Source: Elainellaceae cyanobacterium (GTDB lineage Bacteria > Cyanobacteriota > Cyanobacteriia > CAZCXK01). Taken from it: a stretch of 64,000 nucleotides of DNA. Positions 39,910 through 48,755 of the stretch are shown one piece after another (position 1 is the stretch's first letter; every line of letters begins with the position of its first letter). The notes beneath the pieces are model-generated. The model ran no database searches. It saw nothing but the letters and a program-made list of their open reading frames with translations, and had not been told where the DNA came from. Both the position numbers and the translations under genes were made by a program. The stretch covers positions 26,933 through 90,932 of the forward strand of contig JBNPEG010000084.1 of assembly GCA_051117555.1 (NCBI GenBank). The letters run 5' to 3'.

Positions 39910-42705
39910 ATGCGCTCTCACCGCTTGCTTGGTTTAGTAACGTCTACGGTTCTGCTGTCGCTTGTTGTTCCGGTATCCTTATCGCTTTCGTTTAGAGAAT
40001 CAGCGGCATTAGCTCAAGAGGCGGGAGAGGGCGATCGCCAAGCAGAAGCTGATGCACTATATCAAGAAGCTCTCCAAGCTTGGCAGCAAAGCCAATATTC
40101 TCAAGCACTGGAAACACTTCAACAGGCATTGGAGATTTATCGAGAGATTGGCGATCGCGCTGGGGAAGGTCGTGCTCTAGGCAATTTGGGCCTTGCTTAC
40201 TTTAGTCTGGGTGACTATCAGCAAGGCATTAACTTCTTTGAGCAAAGCCTTGCCATTGCTCAAGAGATTGGCGATCGCCAAATGGAAGGAACCGCCCTAG
40301 GCAATTTAGGCAATGCTTATCGGGACCTGGGAGACTATCGGCAAGCCATCGACTTCTATGAGCAAAATCTTGCGATTACCCGCGAGATTGGAAACCGTGC
40401 AGGAGAAAGAAGTGCTTTATTTGCTTTGGGATGGTCTTATAACTTTCAAGCTCAGTATCAACTTGCGTTAGATTTTTTTTCACAAGCGCTCACAATCTCA
40501 CAAGACATAGGTGATTTGACTGCAGAAGCTGGTGCGCTTTACGCCCTTGGTTGGACTCATGATGATTTAGGGCAAAGATATGAAGCGATTGAACTTTACC
40601 AACAGGCTTTGGCTTTAGCTAGAGAGGATCAAAATTTTAGTCAAGAAGCACATATTTTGAATGGTTTTGGTTGGGTTTACACTTCACTTGAAGAATATCA
40701 GACGGCAACTAGTTTCTTTCAAAAACAACTGAGGTTAGCAAGAGATATCGGAGACCGTCGTCACGAGGCTAATGCATTGAATGGATTAGGCTTTGTACAT
40801 TCTCGTATAGGAGATTATGAGCAAGCGATTCAATATTCTTCGGAAGCTTTAACGATTCAACGCGAAATAGGCGACCTCCGTGAGCAAGCTTATTCATTGG
40901 GAGATTTAGGAAATATCTATGCGGCTTTGGAGGATTACCAGAAAGCAAATGAATATCTAGTGCATTGCTTACTTATTCAAAGAGAACTTGGTAATCGTTG
41001 GGGAGAGGCAATAACGCTAAGTGACATCGGAAAAATTATGGGAAATCAGAATGAGTCTGAATTAGCAATTGTCTATTTCAAAGAGTCGGTCAGAAGATGG
41101 GAAGAAATCCGTAGTGACATTCAAGGTTTGCCAATTGACAAGCAGGAGTCTTTCGTTGCAACTGTCTCACAGACCTATCGTCGCCTTGCCGACCTCCTCC
41201 TCCAAGAAAACCGAGTGCTTGAAGCCCAGCAAGTGCTTGATTTGCTTAAAGTCCAAGAACTCGATGAATACTTGCACAACGTTCGTGGCCCAGGGCAAGA
41301 CCTCACCATTCTTCGTCCTGAACAAACCATTCTCGACACTTATGGCGAACTGCAAAAATCGGCTATTGAGATCGGTCAAGAACTTGCCCAGCTTCAACAA
41401 AAAGCATCCCAAGGACAGCTCACTCCTCAAGAGACTGAGCGACGCAGCCAACTGATCGCCGTTCAGCAAGACCTCAATCAGGAATTCAACACCTTTGCCC
41501 GTCGAGAAGATGTTCGTGAATTGGTGAACCAACTCAGCTTTGAAGCCCAAGAGCAAGTCGTCAGCCTGGGGCGGCTCGATGCCCTGCGGGATAAGCTCAG
41601 ACAACTCGATGCGGTTATGCTCTATCCTCTGATTCTCGAAGACCGTCTTGAGCTGATCATTACCACTCCCGACTCGCCTCCCCTCCGCCGCACCGTTGAA
41701 AACCTGAGCCAAGCCGAACTCAATCGCGTCATTGTCGAATTTCGCCAAGCCCTACAAAGCCCTCGTTCAAATGCTGAAGCCCCCGCTCAGCAGCTTTATG
41801 AATGGCTGATTGCTCCCATCGAAGCAGACCTTGCCCAAGCCAATCCGCAAACGATTATCTACGCTCCCGATGGTGCATTACGCTATATCTCGTTGGCAGC
41901 TCTGCATGATGGTAATCAGTGGCTGGCCGAGCGCTATCAGGTCAACAACATTACCGCCGCATCGATTGAAGAACTCGTCACCGAACCCCAAGACGCGCCA
42001 CGGGTGCTGGCTGCGGCATTTGCCGATGTCAGTCAAACCTATTCCGTCGAAGTGGGCGATCGCACTATCCCATTCAGCGGCTTACCCTTTGCTGGAACCG
42101 AAGTCGAACGGCTCACCTCAACGCTGTCAGATATTGTCACCTTCGTTGATGACGGGTTCAGCAAAGCAGCCATTGAGTCAGAACTCGGCAACTACAACAT
42201 CATCCATTTTGCAACTCACGCCGCCTTTGTTCCGGGCGATCCGTCTCAGTCTTTCATTCTCTTTGGTAATGGCGATCGCCCAACATTGCGCGATGTTGAA
42301 ACCTGGTCACTAAACACCGTAGATCTAGTGGTGTTGAGTGCCTGCGAGACCGGCTTAGGCGGCTTTGATAATAACGGTGAGCAAATCTTAGGACTGGGGT
42401 ATGTTTTCCAGAATCGAGGCGCACGGGCCGTACTTGCCTCTCTCTGGCAAGTCAACGACGAAGGCACTCAGGTCCTGATGAACGCGTTCTATGAATACTT
42501 GCAGCAAGGCATGAGCAAAGCCGAGGCTCTACAAGCTGCACAGCAAGCATTAATCAGCAACTCCTCTACGGCACAGGAGAGCGATCGCGGCATTGGAATA
42601 GAACTCATTGAAGGTGAGCAGCGGGGAGAAAGTCAGAAGGGCGATCGCTCCCTCAGTCATCCTCACTATTGGGCACCTTTCATTCTGATTGGGAATGGAC
42701 TGTAG
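39910..42705 (+). CDS. signal peptide + TPR array + CHAT protease
   Basis: MRSHR signal; HFATHA and LSACETG. Confidence 0.93.
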   Translation: MRSHRLLGLVTSTVLLSLVVPVSLSLSFRESAALAQEAGEGDRQAEADALYQEALQAWQQSQYSQALETLQQALEIYREIGDRAGEGRALGNLGLAYFSLGDYQQGINFFEQSLAIAQEIGDRQMEGTALGNLGNAYRDLGDYRQAIDFYEQNLAITREIGNRAGERSALFALGWSYNFQAQYQLALDFFSQALTISQDIGDLTAEAGALYALGWTHDDLGQRYEAIELYQQALALAREDQNFSQEAHILNGFGWVYTSLEEYQTATSFFQKQLRLARDIGDRRHEANALNGLGFVHSRIGDYEQAIQYSSEALTIQREIGDLREQAYSLGDLGNIYAALEDYQKANEYLVHCLLIQRELGNRWGEAITLSDIGKIMGNQNESELAIVYFKESVRRWEEIRSDIQGLPIDKQESFVATVSQTYRRLADLLLQENRVLEAQQVLDLLKVQELDEYLHNVRGPGQDLTILRPEQTILDTYGELQKSAIEIGQELAQLQQKASQGQLTPQETERRSQLIAVQQDLNQEFNTFARREDVRELVNQLSFEAQEQVVSLGRLDALRDKLRQLDAVMLYPLILEDRLELIITTPDSPPLRRTVENLSQAELNRVIVEFRQALQSPRSNAEAPAQQLYEWLIAPIEADLAQANPQTIIYAPDGALRYISLAALHDGNQWLAERYQVNNITAASIEELVTEPQDAPRVLAAAFADVSQTYSVEVGDRTIPFSGLPFAGTEVERLTSTLSDIVTFVDDGFSKAAIESELGNYNIIHFATHAAFVPGDPSQSFILFGNGDRPTLRDVETWSLNTVDLVVLSACETGLGGFDNNGEQILGLGYVFQNRGARAVLASLWQVNDEGTQVLMNAFYEYLQQGMSKAEALQAAQQALISNSSTAQESDRGIGIELIEGEQRGESQKGDRSLSHPHYWAPFILIGNGL

Positions 42706-42871
42706 CACTTGATGGGCGATCGCTTATGGCAGGGAAATTGACACATTTTATGTTACTTCATCACGACAATCGAGCCCCTCCATCTTTGTATTTGTCTCTA
42801 CACTGATTCAGAACTATTCGACCACCCTTGACACATAGAAAACTTGTACTTAAAGCTCCCCCATAAACCAA

Positions 42872-43834
42872 ATGACCAAATTGACTAAATTCCTCCTTCA
42901 ATCTGTCGCTGGATGCATCGGTGTCATCTTATTCAGCACTTTTATTTGGACGTTGAGCATTGCGTCACCACTCTCAGCACAAATTCCACTGGATGATGTA
43001 TCGTTTCCGGCTGATATTCAAGCACCGTCTATCGTTGATTTAACGGTGAATCCAGCGTCTTACGTTCCTCCTAATTTAGACCAATCTGAAAATCCAACAG
43101 AGGGGACGCGAGCCCCAATTGGACTGGAAGATCGGGTACCGATGACGAGTAGTAACTATCCTTGGTCTGCCGTCGGTCGCATCATTGGCATCGGAGCCGA
43201 CCAATCTAGCTACTACTGCACTGGAAGCTTAGTGGCAACGGACATCGTGCTGACCAATTCTCATTGCGTCGTTGACCCAGAAACCCATGAACCTAGCATT
43301 GCAATTCAATTTCAACCCAATTTGGTCAACGGCCTTTTACAAGATGAAAATAATGCAGCAGCGGCGATCGCCGTTGAATACGGCACGGACTTCCGAGATG
43401 ATAATGCTGTTCCAAACCCAAATGACTGGGCGTTTATTCAACTTGATAAGCCTCTCGGTGAAATATACGGGACACTCGGCCTTGCGACTCTTTCCGTTGA
43501 AGAGTTAATCGACATCTACGATGGACAGCTTGTCATGGTGGGATATTCGAGAGATTTTCCATCGGATAACCCTGGTGAAACTGCCGGAGCTCATCGGGGA
43601 TGCAGCGTTTTGGGAGAAGTTCGAGATAGCCTGATTCATGAATGTGATTCGTTTGGCGGTGCGTCGGGCGGGCCAATCTTAGCCGACGTCGATGGTGAGC
43701 CTCGAATTGTCGCCCTTCATACGGGTGGGAGAACTCAAGAGTATCGAGAAGAAGGATCGAACTCAACGATTCGCGTCGGCGTTGTTAATTACGCCGTTAA
43801 AATTTCGCGGATTTTAGATGCTGTGAATCAATGA
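42872..43834 (+). CDS. secreted trypsin-like serine protease
   Basis: TNSHC, DWAF and GASGGP. Confidence 0.92.
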   Translation: MTKLTKFLLQSVAGCIGVILFSTFIWTLSIASPLSAQIPLDDVSFPADIQAPSIVDLTVNPASYVPPNLDQSENPTEGTRAPIGLEDRVPMTSSNYPWSAVGRIIGIGADQSSYYCTGSLVATDIVLTNSHCVVDPETHEPSIAIQFQPNLVNGLLQDENNAAAAIAVEYGTDFRDDNAVPNPNDWAFIQLDKPLGEIYGTLGLATLSVEELIDIYDGQLVMVGYSRDFPSDNPGETAGAHRGCSVLGEVRDSLIHECDSFGGASGGPILADVDGEPRIVALHTGGRTQEYREEGSNSTIRVGVVNYAVKISRILDAVNQ

Positions 43835-43848
43835 TAGGAAACTAGATG

Positions 43849-44041
43849 GCGATCGCCCATTCACCCATTGCGTGAAGATTTAATGCATTGCACTGGGCGT
43901 ACGGCGTCATTGGTGTCAACTTAAGCTGAAAGCTCCTATCATGAAAGGCTTTGCTGCGATCGCCCTCACCCCCAACCGCTCTCCCAATTTTGGGAGAGGA
44001 GAGAAAAATGTACGCCGTACGCCCCTGCATACGTTTCATTG
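43849..44041. repeat. REP-like unit interrupted by a nested repeat insertion
   Basis: Aligns with 14689-14770 but carries about 100 extra bp (43908-44009) flanked by GTACGGCGT and GTACGCCGT. Confidence 0.6.
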
Positions 44042-44059
44042 ATTACTGCTGGAGAAATT

Positions 44060-46831
44060 ATGCGTTCTCACCACTTGCTTGGCCTAGTGACTTCTACCAT
44101 TCTGCTGTCACTCATTGTCCCAGTTCCTGTTTTGCTATCGCTTGGAGAATCAACAGTTCTGGCTCAAGATGTGGGAGAAAGCGATCGCCAAGCTGACGCT
44201 GACGCTTTGTTCCAGCAATCAATTCGGGCCGGGCAGCAAGGTGACTATCAACAAGCGCTAGGAATGCTTCAGCAAGCCTTGGTAATTTACAGAGAGACTG
44301 GTAATCATCGTGGAGAAGGACTGACGTTAAGAGCCTTAGGAGCTATTTCAAACCGAATTCATCAGTATTCTCAGGCACTCGAATACTATCAACAAGCGTT
44401 AGATGTATTTTCTGAACTTGGCGATCGCTTGAGTGAAAGTACTGTTCTTAACAGAATGGGTTTAATTTACGACAATCTAAACCAATATCAGCAGGCTCTA
44501 GCTTCTTATCAGCAGGCGTTAGACATCAGTTCTGAGATTAGTATCCGTGAAGCATTTCCACAGGAAAGTCGTTCCGAACAAAGTAATGCTTTCAATAACA
44601 TTGCTGCCGTCTACTTCGACTTAGGTCAATATCAAGAGGCACTCAACTATTTTCAGCAAGCATTAGTTGTTGATATTGAACTAGGTGATCGACGCGGGGA
44701 AAGCACTATCCTCAACAATATTGGTGCCGTCTATGATAACCTCGGTCAATATCAGCAAGCTCTAGCCTCTTATCAACAGGCTCTGGCAATCGCGTCTGAA
44801 ATTGAATATCCTTCAGGAGAAGGTACTGCCTTAACCAATATTGGATTGGTCTACGCCAACTTGGGCCAATATCAACAGGCCCTCAACTCTCACCAACAGG
44901 CTTTGACTATCTTTACTGAGATTGGCAATCTTCAAGGGGAAGGATCTGCACTGACCAACATAGGTGCAGCATACCGCCACTTAGACCAATATCAGCAAGC
45001 TCTAGATGCCCATCGCTGTGCTTTAACTATTTTCACTGAAATCAACGATCGTCAAGGGCAAGGTTTCGCTTTCAATAATATTGGCTCGCTCTACGATAAC
45101 CTCGGCCAGTATGAGCAAGCTCTAGATTCTTATCATCAGGCGTTGCTCATTCTAGCTGAGCTTGGCAATCGCCGAGGTGAAGGTGTTACGCTTCATGGCA
45201 TTGGATTGGCGCATCAAAACTTAGGTCAGTATGAACAAGCACTGGAGTATTATCAACAATCCATCACGATCAGTATTGAGATTGGCGATCGCCGGGGTGA
45301 AGGCAGTACGCTCCATAATATTGGTGCTGTGTATTTAGAAACAGGACGCTATGCTGATGCAGAACAAACACTGTTTGAAGCATTGGCAGTACTGGAATCT
45401 TTGAGAGATGAGGATTTGGACGATGTCGATAAAGTCGCTTTATTTGAGACCCAACTCAATATCTACGAACTCCTCCAGCAAACCCTAACAACTCAAGGAA
45501 ACAATGAAATTGCTCTAGAGATTGCGGAACGCGGACGGGCACGCATCATGGTCGAGCTTCTGACCGAACAAGCTTCAGATCGCTTGTCACAAGAGATTTT
45601 CAGTGATGTACCTACTGTAGAAGAAATTCAGCACATTGCTCAGCAGCAGAACGCTACCCTCGTCAACTACTCCTTAATCAACTCAGGCGTGGGTGATCCA
45701 GCACTCTACATCTGGGTCGTACAACCAGATGGAACTATTGACTTTGTTGAAGTTCCCCTCAGCGACACTGAAACCCATACTCCATTCCGTAATCCGATCG
45801 CTCAGCTTGATGGTGCCTTCTATCGCGGGATATCTCGACCTGACGTGAGTTCTCCACTCGTCGCCGATCTCCGTTCTGCCCTTGGCACCGATCGCGGCAT
45901 TGAATTGGTTAGAACCGATGATGCCGAAACCACCAACCGCCTCCAAGAATTTCACCATCTTCTTATTGATCCGATCGCCCACCTCCTGCCTACTGACCCT
46001 AACGAGAAAGTCGTTTTTATTCCTCAAGGTAGCTTGTTTCTCATCCCCTTCGCCGCCCTCCAAGACGACAACGGGACCTATTTGATCGAACGTCATACGA
46101 TATTGACTGCACCCTCTATTCAAGTCTTAGGGCTCACTCAAGACATCCAAGCTAGTCTGAGCCGCGATCGTGTTCAATTCAGCGATTTAACAACCGAGGA
46201 AATGTTGATTGTTGGCAACCCCACCATGCCAGAAGCTTGGAACCCCGACAACTCTGAAATGGAGCAGTTGAGTCCTCTTCCGGGTGCCGAACGGGAGGCC
46301 AACGCGATCGCCCGCTTCCTCAACACCCATTCTCTTACTGGAGATGCGGCCACCGAGACCCAAATCCGGCAGCAGATACAAACTGCCCGGTTAATTCATT
46401 TAGCAACCCACGGGTTACTACAATACGGCATTCCTCAGGAGTCAGGAGTGAGAGACATACCCGGCGCAATCGCGTTAGCTCCCGGTAGCAGAGACGATGG
46501 ATTGCTCACGTCTGCCGAAATTCTAACTCTTGATCTTAATGCCGAATTAGTTGTATTAAGTGCCTGTGATACCGGACGAGGGGATATTCGAGGAGATGGA
46601 GTGATCGGTCTGTCGCGATCGCTCATCACAGCGGGAGTACCCAGCATTGTGGTCTCTCTGTGGCAGGTGCCCGATACTCCGACTGCTAATCTAATGACGG
46701 AATTTTATCGTCAGCTTCAGCAATCACCCGATAGAGCCGAAGCGTTACGACAAGCGATGCTGATTACAATGCAGGATCATCCCCATCCGATTAACTGGGC
46801 TGGATTCACGCTAATCGGGCAAGCAAATTAA
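44060..46831 (+). CDS. signal peptide + TPR array + CHAT protease (ERGRAR subtype)
   Basis: MRSHH signal after a GGAGA RBS; HLATHG and LSACDTG. Confidence 0.93.
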   Translation: MRSHHLLGLVTSTILLSLIVPVPVLLSLGESTVLAQDVGESDRQADADALFQQSIRAGQQGDYQQALGMLQQALVIYRETGNHRGEGLTLRALGAISNRIHQYSQALEYYQQALDVFSELGDRLSESTVLNRMGLIYDNLNQYQQALASYQQALDISSEISIREAFPQESRSEQSNAFNNIAAVYFDLGQYQEALNYFQQALVVDIELGDRRGESTILNNIGAVYDNLGQYQQALASYQQALAIASEIEYPSGEGTALTNIGLVYANLGQYQQALNSHQQALTIFTEIGNLQGEGSALTNIGAAYRHLDQYQQALDAHRCALTIFTEINDRQGQGFAFNNIGSLYDNLGQYEQALDSYHQALLILAELGNRRGEGVTLHGIGLAHQNLGQYEQALEYYQQSITISIEIGDRRGEGSTLHNIGAVYLETGRYADAEQTLFEALAVLESLRDEDLDDVDKVALFETQLNIYELLQQTLTTQGNNEIALEIAERGRARIMVELLTEQASDRLSQEIFSDVPTVEEIQHIAQQQNATLVNYSLINSGVGDPALYIWVVQPDGTIDFVEVPLSDTETHTPFRNPIAQLDGAFYRGISRPDVSSPLVADLRSALGTDRGIELVRTDDAETTNRLQEFHHLLIDPIAHLLPTDPNEKVVFIPQGSLFLIPFAALQDDNGTYLIERHTILTAPSIQVLGLTQDIQASLSRDRVQFSDLTTEEMLIVGNPTMPEAWNPDNSEMEQLSPLPGAEREANAIARFLNTHSLTGDAATETQIRQQIQTARLIHLATHGLLQYGIPQESGVRDIPGAIALAPGSRDDGLLTSAEILTLDLNAELVVLSACDTGRGDIRGDGVIGLSRSLITAGVPSIVVSLWQVPDTPTANLMTEFYRQLQQSPDRAEALRQAMLITMQDHPHPINWAGFTLIGQAN

Positions 46832-46833
46832 GC

Positions 46834-47484
46834 TTATACAGACTGGACTGCATCTGAAGTTAGAACGGTAGATTCTCCTGAAATAATGCCAATGAGAATG
46901 CGGAATAGCGGGTCTAGCTCCTCTGGAATGCGATAGAGGGTCGGGTCTTCTATCAAATGTTTGGGCGATCGCTGAAAGATACCAAACTGCCAAATTTGTC
47001 CAGTGCTCACCGCGCCATAGAGAATAGGAGTTTCGCTCTCCGTCCACTGATCAAGGGCGACGAGTTCGGCTCCAAGTTGAGTAAAGCCTGCATACAGGTT
47101 TTCCCGTTTTGCTTCAATAATCAGCAGATTGCTGGCCTGAAAGTAGTAATCCAAGGTGCCCCTCAGCCAATTGCTAATCGTTAGCGGATACTCAACCCGC
47201 ACTTTTTGCTGAGTTTGCCGACACACTTCACTGAGAATTGGCGCAATCAAAAATTCGCGCCGTGCTTGTTCGCTGCTGATTGTTGTAAATTGAAAGGCTG
47301 CATTCAGGCGATCGCACAATTCTTGTAACTGCAACTCTCCACTGTAGTAGGGCAAAGAGAGCCGCTGCATGGCGACTGTGCATCCGAGATCCGCTAGAAT
47401 GTCATCCCGCTCATAGGGCAATTCTGCATAGCGAGCAAAGGTGTAGGTCTCCTCCGGCTTGAGAATTTTGGGCTTGCGAGACAT
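46834..47484 (-). CDS. PD-(D/E)XK-like hypothetical protein
   Basis: GTLDY..LLIIEAK, GFTQL, YGAVSTGQIWQF. Confidence 0.75.
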   Translation of the reverse strand: MSRKPKILKPEETYTFARYAELPYERDDILADLGCTVAMQRLSLPYYSGELQLQELCDRLNAAFQFTTISSEQARREFLIAPILSEVCRQTQQKVRVEYPLTISNWLRGTLDYYFQASNLLIIEAKRENLYAGFTQLGAELVALDQWTESETPILYGAVSTGQIWQFGIFQRSPKHLIEDPTLYRIPEELDPLFRILIGIISGESTVLTSDAVQSV

Positions 47485-47595
47485 GATGACTTCTTTAGCT
47501 GATTGGTTTTCTCCATTCTAAAGCGGTTCTCAAGGGATTCATCCAGGCATAGATTCTCTTGTTAGACTGAAAGCAACTGTTCTGGATGTTGCCTT

Positions 47596-48234
47596 ATGGT
47601 CGCAGGGTCTAGTATTACAGAATCCATTAAAAGCATTCATGATTTGCAGAGCCAGTTTAACCTGCGGCAGACTGAGCACGATGACTTCTTCCATGAATGG
47701 ACGGGTTCTCTGCCTCGTCTAAATGAATTTGAGGAAGCTGGCGTTGAGCGCATCAAGCGTCGATATGACTACCATCGCGTTGATGGATTACTGCTTGAGG
47801 GCACGATTAATGTCGTGGTGGCTGCCCCCCTACTCGAATTAGCAGGATTTCTTGACCCACCGTTTCACATCCAATCTCCCTATGGCATTGCCCTAGAACT
47901 TGATGATCCTGATGAAACAATTCGCGGATTTATTGACGTACTGGTCGTTCAAGAGCAGCTTTGGATTTTAGTCGTCGAGTCAAAGCGCACTAGCATTCCT
48001 GTTCCAGCAGCATTACCTCAACTGCTGGCCTATATGCTGGCGAGTCCTCACTCAGAACGGCCTATATTTGGGATGGCAACGAATGGGGATGAGGTCGTGT
48101 TTCTCAAGCTTCAGCACGGCCAACAGCCAGAGTATGACGCTTCTCGAACGTTTTCCCTGTTTCCACGACGCCATGAATTGGGTGAAGTCTTGCAAATCAT
48201 GAAACGTCTAGGCCATGTTATTTTAAACGATTAG
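47596..48234 (+). CDS. PD-(D/E)XK protein, HsdR-N-like
   Basis: GFIDVLV..LVVESKR, ALPQLLAYM, GMATNG. Confidence 0.78.
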   Translation: MVAGSSITESIKSIHDLQSQFNLRQTEHDDFFHEWTGSLPRLNEFEEAGVERIKRRYDYHRVDGLLLEGTINVVVAAPLLELAGFLDPPFHIQSPYGIALELDDPDETIRGFIDVLVVQEQLWILVVESKRTSIPVPAALPQLLAYMLASPHSERPIFGMATNGDEVVFLKLQHGQQPEYDASRTFSLFPRRHELGEVLQIMKRLGHVILND

Positions 48235-48341
48235 CCGTTCTAGAACGTTGATGTTGGCGATCGCCCCTTTTGTCCATTGCATGTGAATTTAATACGTTGT
48301 ACGGGCGCACGGCGTACGCCCATCTCCTATGCAAGGTCAAC

Positions 48342-48466
48342 AACGACGTTTGCATGTGCCGCTTCAACGTATGTAGCTCTCGCAACGGCGTTTGCATGTG
48401 CCACTTCGTCGTTGCAGCGCTCAAAAACGACGTTTGCATGTGCCACTTTGTCGTTGCAGCGCTGAC
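48342..48466. repeat. 42-bp tandem repeat, order A-B-B
   Basis: Units start at 48342, 48384 and 48426. Confidence 0.88.
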
Positions 48467-48573
48467 AACGATGTTGCAACGCTTGAATTGGATGTCAGAG
48501 ACTAGACTTCGATGCGATCCAGTTAGGCAATTTTAGACGTATCGCTGAACCAATATTCTAGCCATCCCAGAAC

Positions 48574-48641
48574 AGATCCCCGGCTTCTGTTGTAAGTCTC
48601 TGACTGATATTAGAGACACTTGATTAAGAAGCCGGGGATCT
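48574..48641. repeat. 68-bp IR element (core orientation B)
   Basis: Identical by eye to 39727-39794. Confidence 0.85.
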
Positions 48642-48691
48642 AAACCGCCATATCAGGTCGCTGATGAGCAATCCCTAAAGTTTTCTTCAAA

Positions 48692-48719
48692 TTCCATACC
48701 CTCTCCTGCGTCAGAGATA
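48692..48719 (+). promoter_or_regulatory. TTCCATA-N14-AGAGATA motif
   Basis: Exact match, 37 nt before ATG 48756. Confidence 0.75.
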
Positions 48720-48755
48720 TACACTAATGTCGGTCATTATCCTGCTGGAGAATTT

